Part shown: positions 21,260 to 33,258 of the stretch, piece after piece
Layout of the letters: every line of letters starts with the position of its first letter
Numbering within the stretch: the stretch's first letter is position 1
Source: Hyaloraphidium curvatum SAG 235-1
Lineage: Eukaryota; Fungi; Monoblepharomycota
Assembly: GCA_025558095.1 (NCBI GenBank)
Contig: JAIVFI010000009.1
Coordinates: forward strand, 744,001-808,000
DNA: 64,000 bases
Direction: 5' to 3'
Position numbers and translations under genes: made by a program
Notes under the pieces: model-generated
Databases searched by the model: none
What the model was told of the DNA's origin: nothing
What the model saw: the letters and a program-made list of their open reading frames with translations, nothing else

Positions 21260-21485
21260 CGCGGTAAGGTGTCGGGTGTCTTCCGAGTTCGGAGAGGTTC
21301 GATGGAGGGGATCCGCGGCGTCCTGGCCGGCTTTTGTGGGCTCCGGAGAAAGCGGTTTCTGTGCCGGCGGGCGGAGTCGGGCACCGCCTCGCCGCAACAT
21401 CACGGATGACCCGGACGCACGTTCGAAGAATCACAGCCTTCACGCTTCCGCAGAACACCGCGACAAGTTTATTGACCCGATCCGA

Positions 21486-22869
21486 TCAATCCACTTTGCT
21501 CCCGCGGCCCTCGGCCCCGGGCCTTGGGCTCGGCGTGTGTCGCTCAAAGGGCGGGATCTCGGCGAGACCCGCTGGGGCCGCGAGGGGAGCGGAAAAGCCG
21601 CCGGGGGAGCCGCGGGTGCCGCCACGTGAGACGGAGCGGGGTTTGGAGCCGGGGGAGGAGGCGCGGATGGAGGAGGCGCCGGATCGGCCGCGCTGCCGCC
21701 ATCTGGCAAACACGTGAGAAGGTGTGAAAGGCGAGCGAAGAGCATGTCACCCACTTGTCGGCCACCGCCTTTTCCCGGAACGTGACGATGGTCATCCACG
21801 CGTTGCCGGTGCCCAGCACGAGGAACAGCGCGCCCACGCCCAACGCCTGCCACGGGCCAGTGCTCCCGCCGTCCCACGACTCCTCCCACCACAGCTTGGT
21901 CGCCCACCACGAGCACACGCCCTGCCAGAGCCACCCAATCGCCAAAAAGGGAACGAGCCACTCGACCTCGCGCCCGCCGATGGCCGCCGCCCCTTCACCC
22001 CCAGCGATGGTCTCCATCGCGTTGGTCCGCCCCAGCGAGCGCAGCGCGTACAGCCGCGCGGTCTGGTACCGGTACTGCAGGTACTGCACCAGCCCCAGGT
22101 ACATGGCGTAAGAGTAGAACACGGGCCTGAACCTCGCGTACGAGTCCGACGACGCGGGCCAGATGAGCAGTAGTCCGGTCATCACGGCCGTGAGGACGTG
22201 GTGCGCGAGCCACCATGTTCGGATGCGGGAGCCGTTGGCGCTCAGCACTAGCTCGCGCAGGGTGACGGTCGAGTAGTAGTACAACAGCGCGAACTGGAAC
22301 AGCGTGTCCGCCAGGCGCACCCCCGGGAGGAACAGGTTGGCGAGGGCAAAGACGGAAGAGAAGACGGTCATGCGGAGCTTGAAACTCTCGTAGCTCGTCT
22401 TGTAGGCCAGGCGGGCGGTATGGGTGCGGATGTGCGAGGGCGTCGGCGTGCCGAGCGACCAGCGCAGCAGCAGGCCGGGTGGCTGGGGCAGCGTCGTGCG
22501 CAGCAGCGACAGCCGGTGCCGCATCGTCGTCCCCAGTGCGATCAGCCGCGCCTGCTCGTCCTCGGCGGGGGCGGCCGCCGTGTCGTCCCGCGCGTCCCCG
22601 TCGTGGCCCTCCCGGCCGGTTCCACTTCCGATTTCCCCGCTTTTTCTCCCGCGTCCTCTCCCAGAGACTTCCGATAGCGCCTTTTTGAGATCCCTGTCGA
22701 TCCGCGCAAACTCCTTGGAGCAGCCCGCCTCGAGCGCCGCCAGCGCGACCTCCATCTCGCGCACCTTCTCCGCCTCGAGCTCCAGCGCCTTCAGGTCGCG
22801 CAGCAGCGCGTCGAGCCCGACTGGCGCCGTGCCGTCCGGCGGCGGCGCGGCGGCAGCGGACTCGGCCAT
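21486..22869 (-). CDS. TMEM120/TMPIT family membrane protein
   Basis: Coiled-coil N-terminus; YKTSYESFK, YYYSTVTLRE..L..NGSRIRTWW..HH, QYLQYRYQ..RLY.LRSLG. Confidence 0.8.
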
Positions 22870-23090
22870 CGCTTTGGGGAAGGGGCAGCTTTTGTTGTCG
22901 TGGCGGGCAGAGCCCCCGTCGGCCGCCTTCCGCCTCCGCATCCCTGGCGGCATCAATCCCATTGCAGAGACCACGCGATGCTTATCTGCTCTATGTACAG
23001 CCAAACGTGTTGTCGCTGGAGCCGGAACGAGGCCTTCCCCATCAATCATCGCCCCCCCAGACTCCAATCCGATCACGCGGAGGGGACGTC

Positions 23091-23761
23091 TCAATCGAAC
23101 CCCTGCGTCTTCTGCTCCGCCGCCGCTGCAACCTCCTTCACCGCCTCCTTAACCTCCTCCTTAACCTCCTTGGCCGTCGCCTTCACCTCCTCCTTCGCCT
23201 CCCCCGCCGCCTTCTCGACCTTGTCGAGCGTCTCGCCCGCCGCCTTCTCCAGCGCCTCGGCGACTTTCTGCGGGTCCGCGGGCGCCTCAGCCGACGCCTC
23301 CGCGGGCTTGCCAGCGGCCTCCTTGTGGCCCTCGGACTGGCCGGTGAGCTTGGCGTTGGCGGCGTCGAGGTCGCTGCGGACCTGGCATGCCGAACGATCG
23401 TCCAGATGCGACAACCCGTCAGCAACCTACCCCCCTTCGCAGTTTCCAACAATCCCACCTTCCCAGCATCCGCTGCCGGCTCGTCAACGAGGTCCTCGTG
23501 CGCCACCCCGTCGATGGTCCCGTCCAGCGCGTCCATCGCGACGGCGCTCGGCCGTCCCTTGAACAAACCGCCCAGCGCGCCGCCCAGCGCGCCGAACCGG
23601 GCCGCCAGTTCGCCCAGGGTGAGCGAGACTTTTTCCTTGGCGCCGGGGGACTGCCCCTCGAGCTCCGCACGTGCGATGTCCAAATCGCGGCGGACTTTGG
23701 GGTCGATTCCGCCGGACGGGGCGGAGGAGGTGGCGGGGGCGGGGGCGGCCTTTTCCGACAT
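23091..23761 (-). CDS. Hydrophilic Ala/Glu/Lys-rich protein with internal repeat
   Basis: Two exons; KVRRDLDIARAELEGQSPG and KVRSDLDAANAKLTGQSEG; EVKEAVKE-type tail. Confidence 0.55.
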
Positions 23762-24111
23762 TTCGGAGGGGGATGCGGGGCTACAGTCCACGAAGTTGGG
23801 GGGGGGGGCGGAGGACGGAGATGGTGAGGCAGGGATTCCTTGGACCCTGAGCTGCGGCTTCATCCTCGATCTTCTTGGCCTTGATATTCGATGCCGTCGG
23901 CCGGCCCGTAAATACTGCATTTCCTGATAAACTACGCAGTCCTGGCCGGCGCGTCGTCCAGGAACTTGACGATCGCCGCCTCCGCCCTCTCCTCCTCGGC
24001 TTCTGCCCGTCTCGCGAGGACATTACTCTTGATCGAAGCGATGGAAGTGGCATGCCGAAGCTCCGAATGACTATTGCCGCTCTACAAGCGCCCTGCACGT
24101 CCCGTCGGCGC

Positions 24112-25423
24112 CTACAGCTTCCCCCCCGCCCCCACCTTCCCCTCCAGCCCCGCCAGCTCCAGCGCCACCGCGTTCATCTCCTTGAACCTGCGCAGCCGCA
24201 CGTCGTTGCCCTTGAGCGACTCGGGCGACGCCTGCACGGGGTCCAGCCCGCGCGCGTAGACGCCCTGCGACTGCACCATGACCTTGACGGCGTTCCAGAC
24301 GAGGCAGAAGTCGAAGCCCGGGATGGGGTAGGCGCGGCCGGCTTCCTGCGGTCGGGGGAGGATGGTCAGCGGGAGAGCAGGGAGATCGTAAAGGGATGGG
24401 CTCGCCTTGCAGTATTCACGGATCATCTCGTCGCAGGTCGGGAACCCCGGCGGGCCCGAGTCGCCCCAGTAGTTCCCGATGAGCGTCGCCAGGTCCGACA
24501 GCGGGTGGGCCAGGGTGCAGTTCTCCCAGTCGATCTGCGCCGCTGGATGAGCTTCGTCGACCCGGAAGCGGGCACGGAAGGCGGCCACCCACGATCCCGA
24601 TGACCCGCGGCTCCGTCGGGTGGAAGATCACGTTGTGCAGCCCGAAATCCCCGTGCATGATGGCCACCTCGTCCGGCACGATGTTCTTCTGCATCCACTT
24701 CACCAGCTCCGCGTACCCGCGGATGTTCCACTCCCCAAAGTCGGGCGCGAGCTTCCTCAGCGCGGCCACGTAGGCGTCGCCGGATCGCATCCAGGTGGCC
24801 ATCTGCCGCGGGTACCCGTCGCCCATCCGCGTGTAGCCGGGCACGCCGAACAGGCCGATCTTGACGGGGTCGACCTTGTGGAGCTTGGCCATGGCGCGGA
24901 TGAAGTCGAGGATGGCGGCGCGGCGGTCCGCGGGGGTCATGTGGAGCAGGTACGGGTTGTCCTGGAAGACGTTGCCCCGGAGAAAGTCCATGACGAAGAA
25001 CGAGGCGCCGATGACGGATTTGTCCTCGCAGCTGTCGCGTAGGTAAACAGTCAGTCGTCGGGTTCGGTGCGAGTCGGCGTAAACCCACAGCGCGTAAACC
25101 TTGGGGATAGGCAACTCCGGATGGTACTTTCCCAGCGCGTAGAGCACGCGGTACTCGCGCTCGACTTGGTGCGCCGTGGCGATGAGCAGCTCCCCAGGCG
25201 GCTTCCTCTTTGTGACGTACTGCCGGCCCGTCCCGGCATCGGTGATGAGGTACTTTGGGTTCGAGAGCCCCTTGGAGAACTGCTTGGCCGTGATCGGCCC
25301 GACGAAGCCCGGGATAAGGGGGCGGAGGTACCGCTCGAGGGCCGGAACGTCGAGCGGCACCGCGAGCTCGTCGATGACCTTCTGGCCCTCGCCGCCAGCG
25401 TCCGCGGAGGCCGAGGCGGACAT
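24112..25423 (-). CDS. APH/choline-kinase family phosphotransferase (ACAD10/11 kinase-like)
   Basis: QFSKGLSNP, KRKPPG..L...AHQVEREY, HGDFGLHN, IDWE...L.HPLSDL. Confidence 0.85.
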
Positions 25424-25569
25424 TGCGCGGGGAGCTGCCGCTTTCGAGTCCTTCTCAGTGTTTGAACCTGCAGCTTCGGGGGAGACAGAATGCCGGTCGG
25501 CACGCCGGCGCGCGCGATGTGGCGATCGACGCGTTTCTCCCGCTCGCCATCACCGCCGTCGTGCCCGCC

Positions 25570-26484
25570 ATGCCGTCCGCCGAGCCCGCCTTCCGCGTCG
25601 AGCGCGACATCGAGTACGGCCGCGGCGCCGTCGGCGTCGGCACGGAGTCGCCGCGCACCCGCGCGCTGGTCCTCGACGCGTTCATCCCGGCCTCGCCCGC
25701 ACCGCCCGGCGGCCGCCGCGCGTTCGTCCTCGCCCACGGCGGCGCGATGCACCGCGGCGCAAAGGACAAGGACGAGTTCGAGGCCGACGGCGTGCGCAAC
25801 ACGCCCGTCCATGAGTACGCCGAACGCTTCGCGGCGAGGGGCTACGCGTGCTTTTCCATCGGCTACAGGCTCACGCAGGAGCTGCCCGGCCCGCAGCCGG
25901 AGCCCATCAAGCGCAGCCGGGAAGCCGTGACCCGCGGCAGGATCGATTTCGTCAGGGGTCTGCTGGGGCTGCCGCCCGCCACGGACACTGAGCTCATCGA
26001 GGGCGTCGAGGCGTGCTACGCCGACGTGGCCGCCGCGTTCCAGTTCATCCACAAGAATGCGGACAAGTGGGGCATCGACCCCAAGAAGATGGCGATCGGG
26101 GGCTTCAGCGCCGGCGGCTACGCCAGTGCGTACTCGACCTACGCCCTGGGCGTCCCCTCGGCCGCGGTTGTCTGCATCTCCGCCGGGATGGAGCCCGAAG
26201 ACGCCGAGTACTACGTCAACGGGTTGAAAAAGACCCCCGTGCTGCTCTTCCACGGCGACAACGACCTGCCGCAGATCCAGCCGCACGCCACGGCCGTCTC
26301 GTCGGCCGCGGAAAAGACGGGCGTGCCCGTGAGGCACTACTCGGTCACGGACGGGGGCCACTTTTACCCGGCCGAGTCGCCGATTGTGTTGCGGACGGCG
26401 ACGTTCCCGGGCGGCGAGGGCGCGGCGACGGTCGAGGCGGCGATCGTCAAGTTCCTGGACGACGCGCTCGGCAAGGCGCAGTGA
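25570..26484 (+). CDS. Alpha/beta hydrolase (esterase), intronless
   Basis: AHGG oxyanion motif, GFSAGG nucleophile elbow, FHGDND, GGH. Confidence 0.8.
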   Translation: MPSAEPAFRVERDIEYGRGAVGVGTESPRTRALVLDAFIPASPAPPGGRRAFVLAHGGAMHRGAKDKDEFEADGVRNTPVHEYAERFAARGYACFSIGYRLTQELPGPQPEPIKRSREAVTRGRIDFVRGLLGLPPATDTELIEGVEACYADVAAAFQFIHKNADKWGIDPKKMAIGGFSAGGYASAYSTYALGVPSAAVVCISAGMEPEDAEYYVNGLKKTPVLLFHGDNDLPQIQPHATAVSSAAEKTGVPVRHYSVTDGGHFYPAESPIVLRTATFPGGEGAATVEAAIVKFLDDALGKAQ

Positions 26485-26516
26485 CTGTATTTGGTGCAAG
26501 GTATCGGATCCATGGT

Positions 26517-27102
26517 TCAGACCGGCTTGCCCCCCTTCTCCCGCGACCACCACCACGCCGCCCCGAACGCCCCCGCGAGCGCCGCGCCCCACGCCATCCC
26601 GTACTGCGACTTGGTGTTGCCCGTCTGCTTGTCGTACTCGGCGCCCGAGACGCCGGGGGCGGGGCCGGCGGCGGAGCTCTCTGCCGCGCGGGCGATCAGC
26701 CGCGATCGTTGGCCAAATGGGGGGCGAGAAGGCACACCGAGGTCGCCGGGGGAGTAGGCCATCTGCGGCTTGCCGGCCTTGCGCGAATCCGAGGGGCTGC
26801 GAGGCCGACGGGGATCTGCGTCCGTCCGAGAGCAGAGGCCTGCAGCTGGAAACCGACTCCCTCGTCCGTTCCGTTGTCTGCGCCCCGAGCTGGTCCGCGA
26901 TCTCGTCGCGCTTGTCACGCTGCGGCCATTTGAGGTCCTCGGTATCTTCCATCGCGCGCTTGCGGGCCTGTTCGTCGGCCGAGGGCTGGGGGGCGGCAGC
27001 GAACGCTCGGCGGGCGGGAGGTGGGAGCGGACGGCCCGGGCCCGGGAGCGGAACCGCTGGGATGCGGGAAAGCAAGGAAGATGCTGCTCTTTTGCCCTGC
27101 AT
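26517..27102 (-). CDS. Hypothetical protein, possible mitochondrial presequence and C-terminal TM anchor
   Basis: Arg/Ser/Pro-rich N-terminus ending RRAFAAA; C-terminus WGAALAGAFGAAWWWSRE; exon structure uncertain. Confidence 0.45.
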
Positions 27103-27216
27103 GGCACGAGGTCGACGTTCGGCGGAGGGCGCGATGAATGCCACGTCACCCCGCGACGCGCACGTCCGAACAAACACCGATCAACGAAATCACGAATGTA
27201 CTTCCCGCTCTATGGA

Positions 27217-27585
27217 CTACGACCTGGTAAATGTGCCCTCGCCAACGGGCTCGAAATGAGGATTCAATCCCCTCTCCAGGTTCTCCACCACAGCCTTGAC
27301 CGCCCTCCCCCCGCGCAGCTCGAACGCCACCCTCGCCGGCATCCCGTTCCCGTTCTCCCCCACCGTCGTGTAAACGAACGTCGGCCCGTCCCACCCGCGC
27401 AGGGGGAACGCCATCCTTTTCGCCGGCGGGCCGAGCTTCATCACCAGTCAGCCCCGCGCCGGAGCGGGCGATCTCGGCGGTGCCGTACAGCGAGTTGTTG
27501 CCGTAGGTCCCCAGGAAGGCCGTCAGATTGCCCTTCCACGGGTTGGGTGGCGGCCGGTGAGTTTCTGGCCGAACAGGGGCGTAGC
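27217..27585 (-). pseudogene. Duplicated 3' fragment of the serine hydrolase at 29003-30634
   Basis: Near-identical to ~29003-29365 (MKLGPPAKRM.FPLRGWDGPTF...EGTFTRS) with a 4-bp insertion near 27447 and no 5' part. Confidence 0.85.
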
Positions 27586-27777
27586 CGCATGAATCGGGGA
27601 TGCAATCTTCGCTTTACATTCCACGGTTCATCTGATCGCGACTGGCGCTCTTGGGGCACACGATCTCACACATTGCAGGCCCCGCGCCATCATCCTCGGC
27701 TTGCCTCGGCTATCGCACAGGTTGTAGTCCCTGATGCGACAAGGCGCCCGTGAGGCGCCGCGCCCAAAGTTCCAACC

Positions 27778-28293
27778 TCAGCAGCTGTTGTCCTTCCACG
27801 GGCAGGTCGCATTCTTGGTCCAGACCTGGTCCGTGCTCGACGGAAACGTCCCGTCGAGCGAGAGGATGCTGGCGAACACGAGGCACGAGGACGGGGCCTG
27901 AAAAATGATGGAAGTGCAAGTCGACAGCGTGTCGCAGTAGGTCTGGCAGTCGGCCACGCTGGCTCTTGTGACGGAGCCAAGGTACTGCCCCGATATGCAC
28001 GTCTTGTAACCGCAGGCCTGCCAGGGCGACGCGTAGCGTCGGTAGAGGGAGTGGTACGCTTCGGGGGCGTTCTCGACGCACGCCACGGATCCCTCCGGCG
28101 CGCCCGGGTATCCGAATTCACAGTACGCGTCTGGCGGGCACTCCGCGCACTCGAGGGCAAAGGACACCGCGGATCCGGGGGCGGGGGCGGCGACACTGTG
28201 GGGAATCAGTTTCGGCACCCATGTGGGTGGGCGGCGCGCGCACCTGGCCGTGGCGACCGAAGCGAGCAGGAAAGCGGTCAGCAGGGCGCGCAT
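27778..28293 (-). CDS. Secreted Cys-rich protein with PAN/apple-like domain
   Basis: Signal peptide MRALLTAFLLASVATA; CISGQYL...SVADCQTYCDTLSTCTSIIF....C. Confidence 0.6.
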   Translation of the reverse strand: MRALLTAFLLASVATARCARRPPTWVPKLIPHSVAAPAPGSAVSFALECAECPPDAYCEFGYPGAPEGSVACVENAPEAYHSLYRRYASPWQACGYKTCISGQYLGSVTRASVADCQTYCDTLSTCTSIIFQAPSSCLVFASILSLDGTFPSSTDQVWTKNATCPWKDNSC

Positions 28294-29002
28294 GCTCGGC
28301 GGCGGTGGGCCTGCTCGGCGCTAACTGGGTGCTTTTTGATGGGCGTCCCAAGTGGGATTCCCCGTTTTCCCGGAGTGCGTCCCATTCGCCACCACCCACC
28401 AGGCGCTACGTCCCCTGGTCGATGACCAAACGGCCTTGTGAGCCTGACATCAAAAACTGGACGGCCCCACGAACCGGAGCGTTTCCCAGTCCGCTTCGCC
28501 ATTCCGCTGAGGAAACTGGCCATGATACGGTCTACGCCGCGTATCCTCAGGATCATCGTCGCGCAAACTGGTTTTGGCGCGCCGGCCGCAGGAGGAAACC
28601 CGAATTGCAAGGCGCTCGGCTGCCGGGTCTTCTATTGCTTCTTGGGCTCCTGATTGCCTCCGAGTCCTCATTGATGGCGCCCATCAAGCGTCAGGTCCGC
28701 TGTGAGGACGGCCTCGTGCGGGACCCGCCCAGACGATACCCGAGCCGAATGTACTTCACGGCGCGTCCTTTACTACTGCGGCTGATGATGCAATGTACCC
28801 ATGGATTGCAGTAATGCAGGTCACAGCTTCCGCAGCGTCGTCGGCGCCCCCTCATCCACCCCGACCGCCGCCGTCGCCCACGCATCCACCGGCGTTATTG
28901 TCGTCCCCGTGATCCCCCTCGAGCTCTCTGCCCCCGAGCGGGCAATCAGCCGCGATTGGGAGGGAGTTAGAGGGGAACTAAACTATCTGCGGCTCTCTTG
29001 AA

Positions 29003-30634
29003 CTACGACCTAGTAAATGTGCCCTCGCCAACGGGCTCGAAATGAGGATCCAATCCCCTCTCCAGGTTTTCCACCACCACCTTGACCGCCCTCCCCCCGC
29101 GCAGCTCGAACGCCACCCTCGCCGGCATCCCGTTCCCGTTCTCCCCCACCGTGGAATAAACGAACGTCGGCCCGTCCCACCCGCGCAGGGGGAACGTCAT
29201 CCTTTTCGCCGGCGGGCCGAGCTTCATCACCAGCCCCGCGCCGGAGCGGGCGATCTCGGCGGTGCCGTACAGCGAGTTGTTGCCGTAGGTCCCCACGAAG
29301 GCGGTCAGGTTGCCCCTCCACGGGTTGGGTGCCGGGCCGGTGAGGTTCTGGCCGAAGAGGGGCGTCAGGAGCTCCGCGAACTGCGGAGGGAACAGGGCCT
29401 CGTAGTTGTTCAGCGGGGCGCCGTAGACGACGTTGTCGATGAAGGTCGAGCCGACGATCTCGGCGAGCCCAACGGGCTGCGCGTTGGTGACCACGACGAT
29501 GCCGAGCTGCAGCGCCGGAACAATGGAGACGTGGGTCCCCGTGCCGAGGATGAAGGCGCCCGAGTGCGTGTTCTTGACCATGCCCGACTGCGGCATTATG
29601 CTGGCGATCCATCCCATGCCGTACTGCGGCGTGGGTGCTATCGGGTTCTTATCGATGGGGCCGTTCACGTAGCGCATGAGGCCCGAGCGGGTGTAGCCCA
29701 GGGACACGGCCGAGACCAGCCGGCTGCCGTCCAGCATCCCGTTGCCGAGGTGCAGGAGCATCCACCGCGCGAGGTCCCTGACGGAGCTCGAGGCGCCGCC
29801 GGCGGGGCTCTGCGGGTCCGGGTTGCGCTGCGGGGACGCGACGACGTACTTCTTGGTCTTGGGGTCGAGGAGATGGCCGAAGGCTCGGTTGGACCGGCCC
29901 CTCAGGTCCGAGTACTTGAACGAGGTGGACGGCATCCCTGCCGGGCCGAAAAAGTCTCTCGCGGCCTGGTCCTCGAACGATATGCCCGGCTTGCGGAATT
30001 TTGCCACGGCGAAAGAGGGCTCCGAGTAGCCGAAGTTGGTGTAGGCGTACCGCGCCCGGAACGAGCCCGGCACGGTCTGGTGATGCCGGATCCGAGCGTA
30101 GATGTCGGCCCGGGAGAATCCGAGGTCCTCCAAAATGTCACCGGCGTGGTCAGCAAGGCCGGAGCGGTGGGAGAGGAGGTCGACCGGGGTGACATCCCCG
30201 GTCTCGAAGCTTCCCCGCAGCCGGAAAGACGGGTCCATGGCCACAATCGGGGTGTCCCAGTCCCACTTCCCGCCGTCATCGTCGTGAAACTTTGCGAGGA
30301 CCGTCGACGACAGGGGCTTGGAGAGCGAGGCGAGCGGGAACACGGTGTCGGCCGTGACGGGCAACCCCGCCCTTGCGTCGGCGCGGCGCACGCCGATCCC
30401 CTCGGCGGCCACGACGGTGCCGTTGAAGACGACGGCGAGGGCGACGCCCGGCGTTCCGTACTGGTCTCGCAAGCGGCGTGCCTGGGCGATGGCCGCTCTG
30501 GCAGCCTCGCGGACTGCATCAAGGCGTGGGAAACAGTCCGTGGGGTTCGCGACGCGGCAGCCGCCCGTGTTGGTGGCAGCGGCCAAGGTCACAGACAGAA
30601 GGACGAGCAGTGCGGTGGCCGCGGAGGGGCGCAT
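29003..30634 (-). CDS. Secreted serine hydrolase, beta-lactamase/AmpC-like family, intronless
   Basis: Signal peptide; FPLASLSK (SxxK), LLSHRSGL, YAYTN (YxN), HSG; C-terminal GTY..YG domain. Confidence 0.88.
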   Translation of the reverse strand: MRPSAATALLVLLSVTLAAATNTGGCRVANPTDCFPRLDAVREAARAAIAQARRLRDQYGTPGVALAVVFNGTVVAAEGIGVRRADARAGLPVTADTVFPLASLSKPLSSTVLAKFHDDDGGKWDWDTPIVAMDPSFRLRGSFETGDVTPVDLLSHRSGLADHAGDILEDLGFSRADIYARIRHHQTVPGSFRARYAYTNFGYSEPSFAVAKFRKPGISFEDQAARDFFGPAGMPSTSFKYSDLRGRSNRAFGHLLDPKTKKYVVASPQRNPDPQSPAGGASSSVRDLARWMLLHLGNGMLDGSRLVSAVSLGYTRSGLMRYVNGPIDKNPIAPTPQYGMGWIASIMPQSGMVKNTHSGAFILGTGTHVSIVPALQLGIVVVTNAQPVGLAEIVGSTFIDNVVYGAPLNNYEALFPPQFAELLTPLFGQNLTGPAPNPWRGNLTAFVGTYGNNSLYGTAEIARSGAGLVMKLGPPAKRMTFPLRGWDGPTFVYSTVGENGNGMPARVAFELRGGRAVKVVVENLERGLDPHFEPVGEGTFTRS

Positions 30635-30894
30635 CGTGCTTGCGGTCGGGGTTGCGGGGTGAGGGCGGGTCCTCGATGCCCCAGCCTCAGGCGGGACGAG
30701 GCGCAGCACCTTCCCCCAGATCGACGAAGGCGGAGCAGGGAAAGTTCATCGAAATCCTGCGATAAAGAAGCGGCGACGAAGAGATCTCTATGGAGCAACA
30801 GGCAGCAACATCAAATAAACGAACGCGGAGGGGTCCAGCCCCATCCGCGCTCTAACGCTTTGCAAACCGAAACCCGCTCCGATCATAGACCACC

Positions 30895-31630
30895 TCAGAC
30901 GTTGTTGGCGGTGCCCGTGCCCCAGGTCGAGGGCTGTTGCGCGGCGCTCATGGCCGTGTTCTCGTAGCTGGAGACCGGGGCGGTGGGGGCCGCCTTCTTC
31001 TTCTTCTGCAAAATTGGGCGGTATCAGGTCTGGATGGTGCTGGATATGAAGCCCACCTGCGCGTTCATGTAGTACATGAGCCCACCGATGGCGACGGCGA
31101 TCAGAAGGATAATGAGCAATGTCCACCAGAAGCCCCAGCCTACGAAAGGAGCGGGCGGGAAAGGACATGTAAGCTCACGGCAGCACAGAACGCAAACTGC
31201 ATGCGCAGCAACCCGGCAATCGGTTGTCCCGGCATCTCCCGCCGACCGGATCAGTATCACGTGACAGGTACGCACCAAAGATCCAGTTGCAGAGCAGGGC
31301 AAAGAGAACAATGAGGCCCACGGCAATGAGCCCAATGGCCCACATGGGCAGCTTCACCTTGGTCCCGGGGATAGGCATGGGCTGCGTGAGAGCGTTGGTC
31401 GCAGATTGGGTTGTGGGCGCTGCCCCATTGGCCGGCGCCTGGTAGCCGTTGCTTGTGCCCGTGGCGTAGGGCGTCTCGGGGAGCTTCTGGTCGGTCGGGT
31501 AGGCGGCCGGGGGCTGGAAGTCGTACCCGCCGTTGGAAACGGGGGGAGGGGGCGGGGGCAGTGCCGCCTCGCCGGCGTAGGTGATTGCCTCGGCACCGAC
31601 GGGCGCGGCACGGGCGGATGAGGTCTCCAT
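30895..31630 (-). CDS. Small Pro-rich membrane protein
   Basis: Pro/Tyr-rich N-terminus, two TM segments (WAIGLIAVGLIVLFALL; FWWTLLIILLIAVAIGGL), KKKK stop-transfer; spliced. Confidence 0.55.
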
Positions 31631-31900
31631 GTTGACAAGAAGGCGAGGCTGCGAGGGAGGGCGGGGTTCGGGGGTTTGCTTGCGCGCGTGGACGGTAGAT
31701 TGGGAGGGACGGTCGGCGCGAGCGGCCCCAGGGTCCGACGATCCCCCACCGCACCGCAGGGCCCTGAAAAGCTCGCACCAATTTAACGCTGCCGCCAAAC
31801 GTGCTCCTTGTAGAAGCTCGTACAAACACAGACACGATTCAGGATGCTGAATTGCTCGAAACGGCTGCACTACTGCACTCCTCGACGCATCCGCCGCCGT

Positions 31901-33009
31901 TCAAATCTTGGCGTACGGCTTCCACGACGGTCTCCGCTTCTCCGAAAACGCCGTCACACCCTCCCTCATGTTCTCGCTACGCCACATTGCCTTGACCTGC
32001 CAACAGCGGGGTGGTCAGTCGAAGCGACATCGGGCGGGGCGGCGACCGACTTCGGGGAGGTCGTTGGTGATCATGTTCGTCTCTGGTGCCCCGAGCGAAG
32101 TCAGAATTACCAGGAGATATGAACGGTAGCACGACGCACCGATCCAGCCCATCTCCAGCCCCGCCCGCGCCATCGCCTTGGTCGCGCGCACGCCGTCGGG
32201 TGAGTTGTTGGCGATGACTTCGGCGATCTGAATAGCGCGCTCCACGAGTTTCTGCGGTGATAAGGGGGCGTCAGCTCAAAGCAATGCCCGGGATGGCACG
32301 GGGACCCACGTCGGCGGGTACAACTTCTTGCGCGATCCCCATGGCCAGGGCCTGCTGGGCGGTCATGGGGATGCCTTGCATGGCGTAGTACATCGCCCGT
32401 TGGTACTGTAAGCCGCGTTCGGGTGAGGATTCCGAACACGGGACGGACGACTGTCCGAGGCCCACCCCGATCAGCTTCGACAAGTTTTGAGCTCCGCCGC
32501 CCAGCGCGGCCAGGCCGACCTTGACCTCTGGCAGCCCGAACGACGCCTTCTCCGAGGCGATGATGATATCGCAGGCAATGGCGAGCTCCATGCCACCCCC
32601 GAGGGCGAGCCCGTTGACGGCAGCGATGATAGGCTTCATGAGAGTCGGCTTCTTGTGCGTGATCCCGCCCAATCCTCCCGGCAGGTCCTCGAGACCCCCA
32701 GCATCCTTCACGTCAACGAGATCCTGGCCCGCGCAAAACGCCTTGGTGCCCGTTGCCGTGACTATCGCAACAAACAGCTCGTCGTCCACGGCGTAATCAT
32801 CAAAGGCCTGCTTCAGTTCGCGATGGAGCACCTTGTTGAACGCGCTTAACGGAACACGTGAGCTCCCCCGACTCCGAAATCATGTCGCAGCCGACACACT
32901 TGAGCGCCTTGGGCCGGTTGAGCTCGATGAGCAGGATTCGCGGCTTCGGGACGGTGACGAGGAGGCACTCGTATTTGCGGTCCATGTAGGGCTTCGTAAT
33001 CGGCGGCAT
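31901..33009 (-). CDS. Enoyl-CoA hydratase/isomerase (crotonase)
   Basis: LNRPKAL|NA, AFCAGQDL, KPIIAAVNGLALGGGMELAIACD, FGLPEVKVG, EGVTAFSEKRRP; ends -AKI. Confidence 0.9.
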
Positions 33010-33258
33010 CGCGAAGAGGTGGAACGCGCCGGGGGGAGGGAGGGAGCACGTCGCCGAGAGACGGTAGAGCAATGGGGAGGGATCCGATAGAGACGGGAAC
33101 GCGTCGCGCGGGCGGTGGAACGCGGGTCGGGGAAGTAAGTGAAACGGGTTCGGACTTGCCACAGGCTCCTCGCGCGCTCTCTTCCAAGCTCAATGATCGA
33201 TCACGGCTTTCCGGGTTTCCATCCTATCCGTACACGAAAGAAACATGGATGCACTTTG

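Noticed and set aside
29042-30967. Long antisense or alternate-frame ORFs here and at 2608..4335, 25051..27177, 39178..41148, 54134..55927
   Set aside because: Arg/Pro/Gly-rich shadow ORFs expected in high-GC coding DNA, overlapping better-supported genes.
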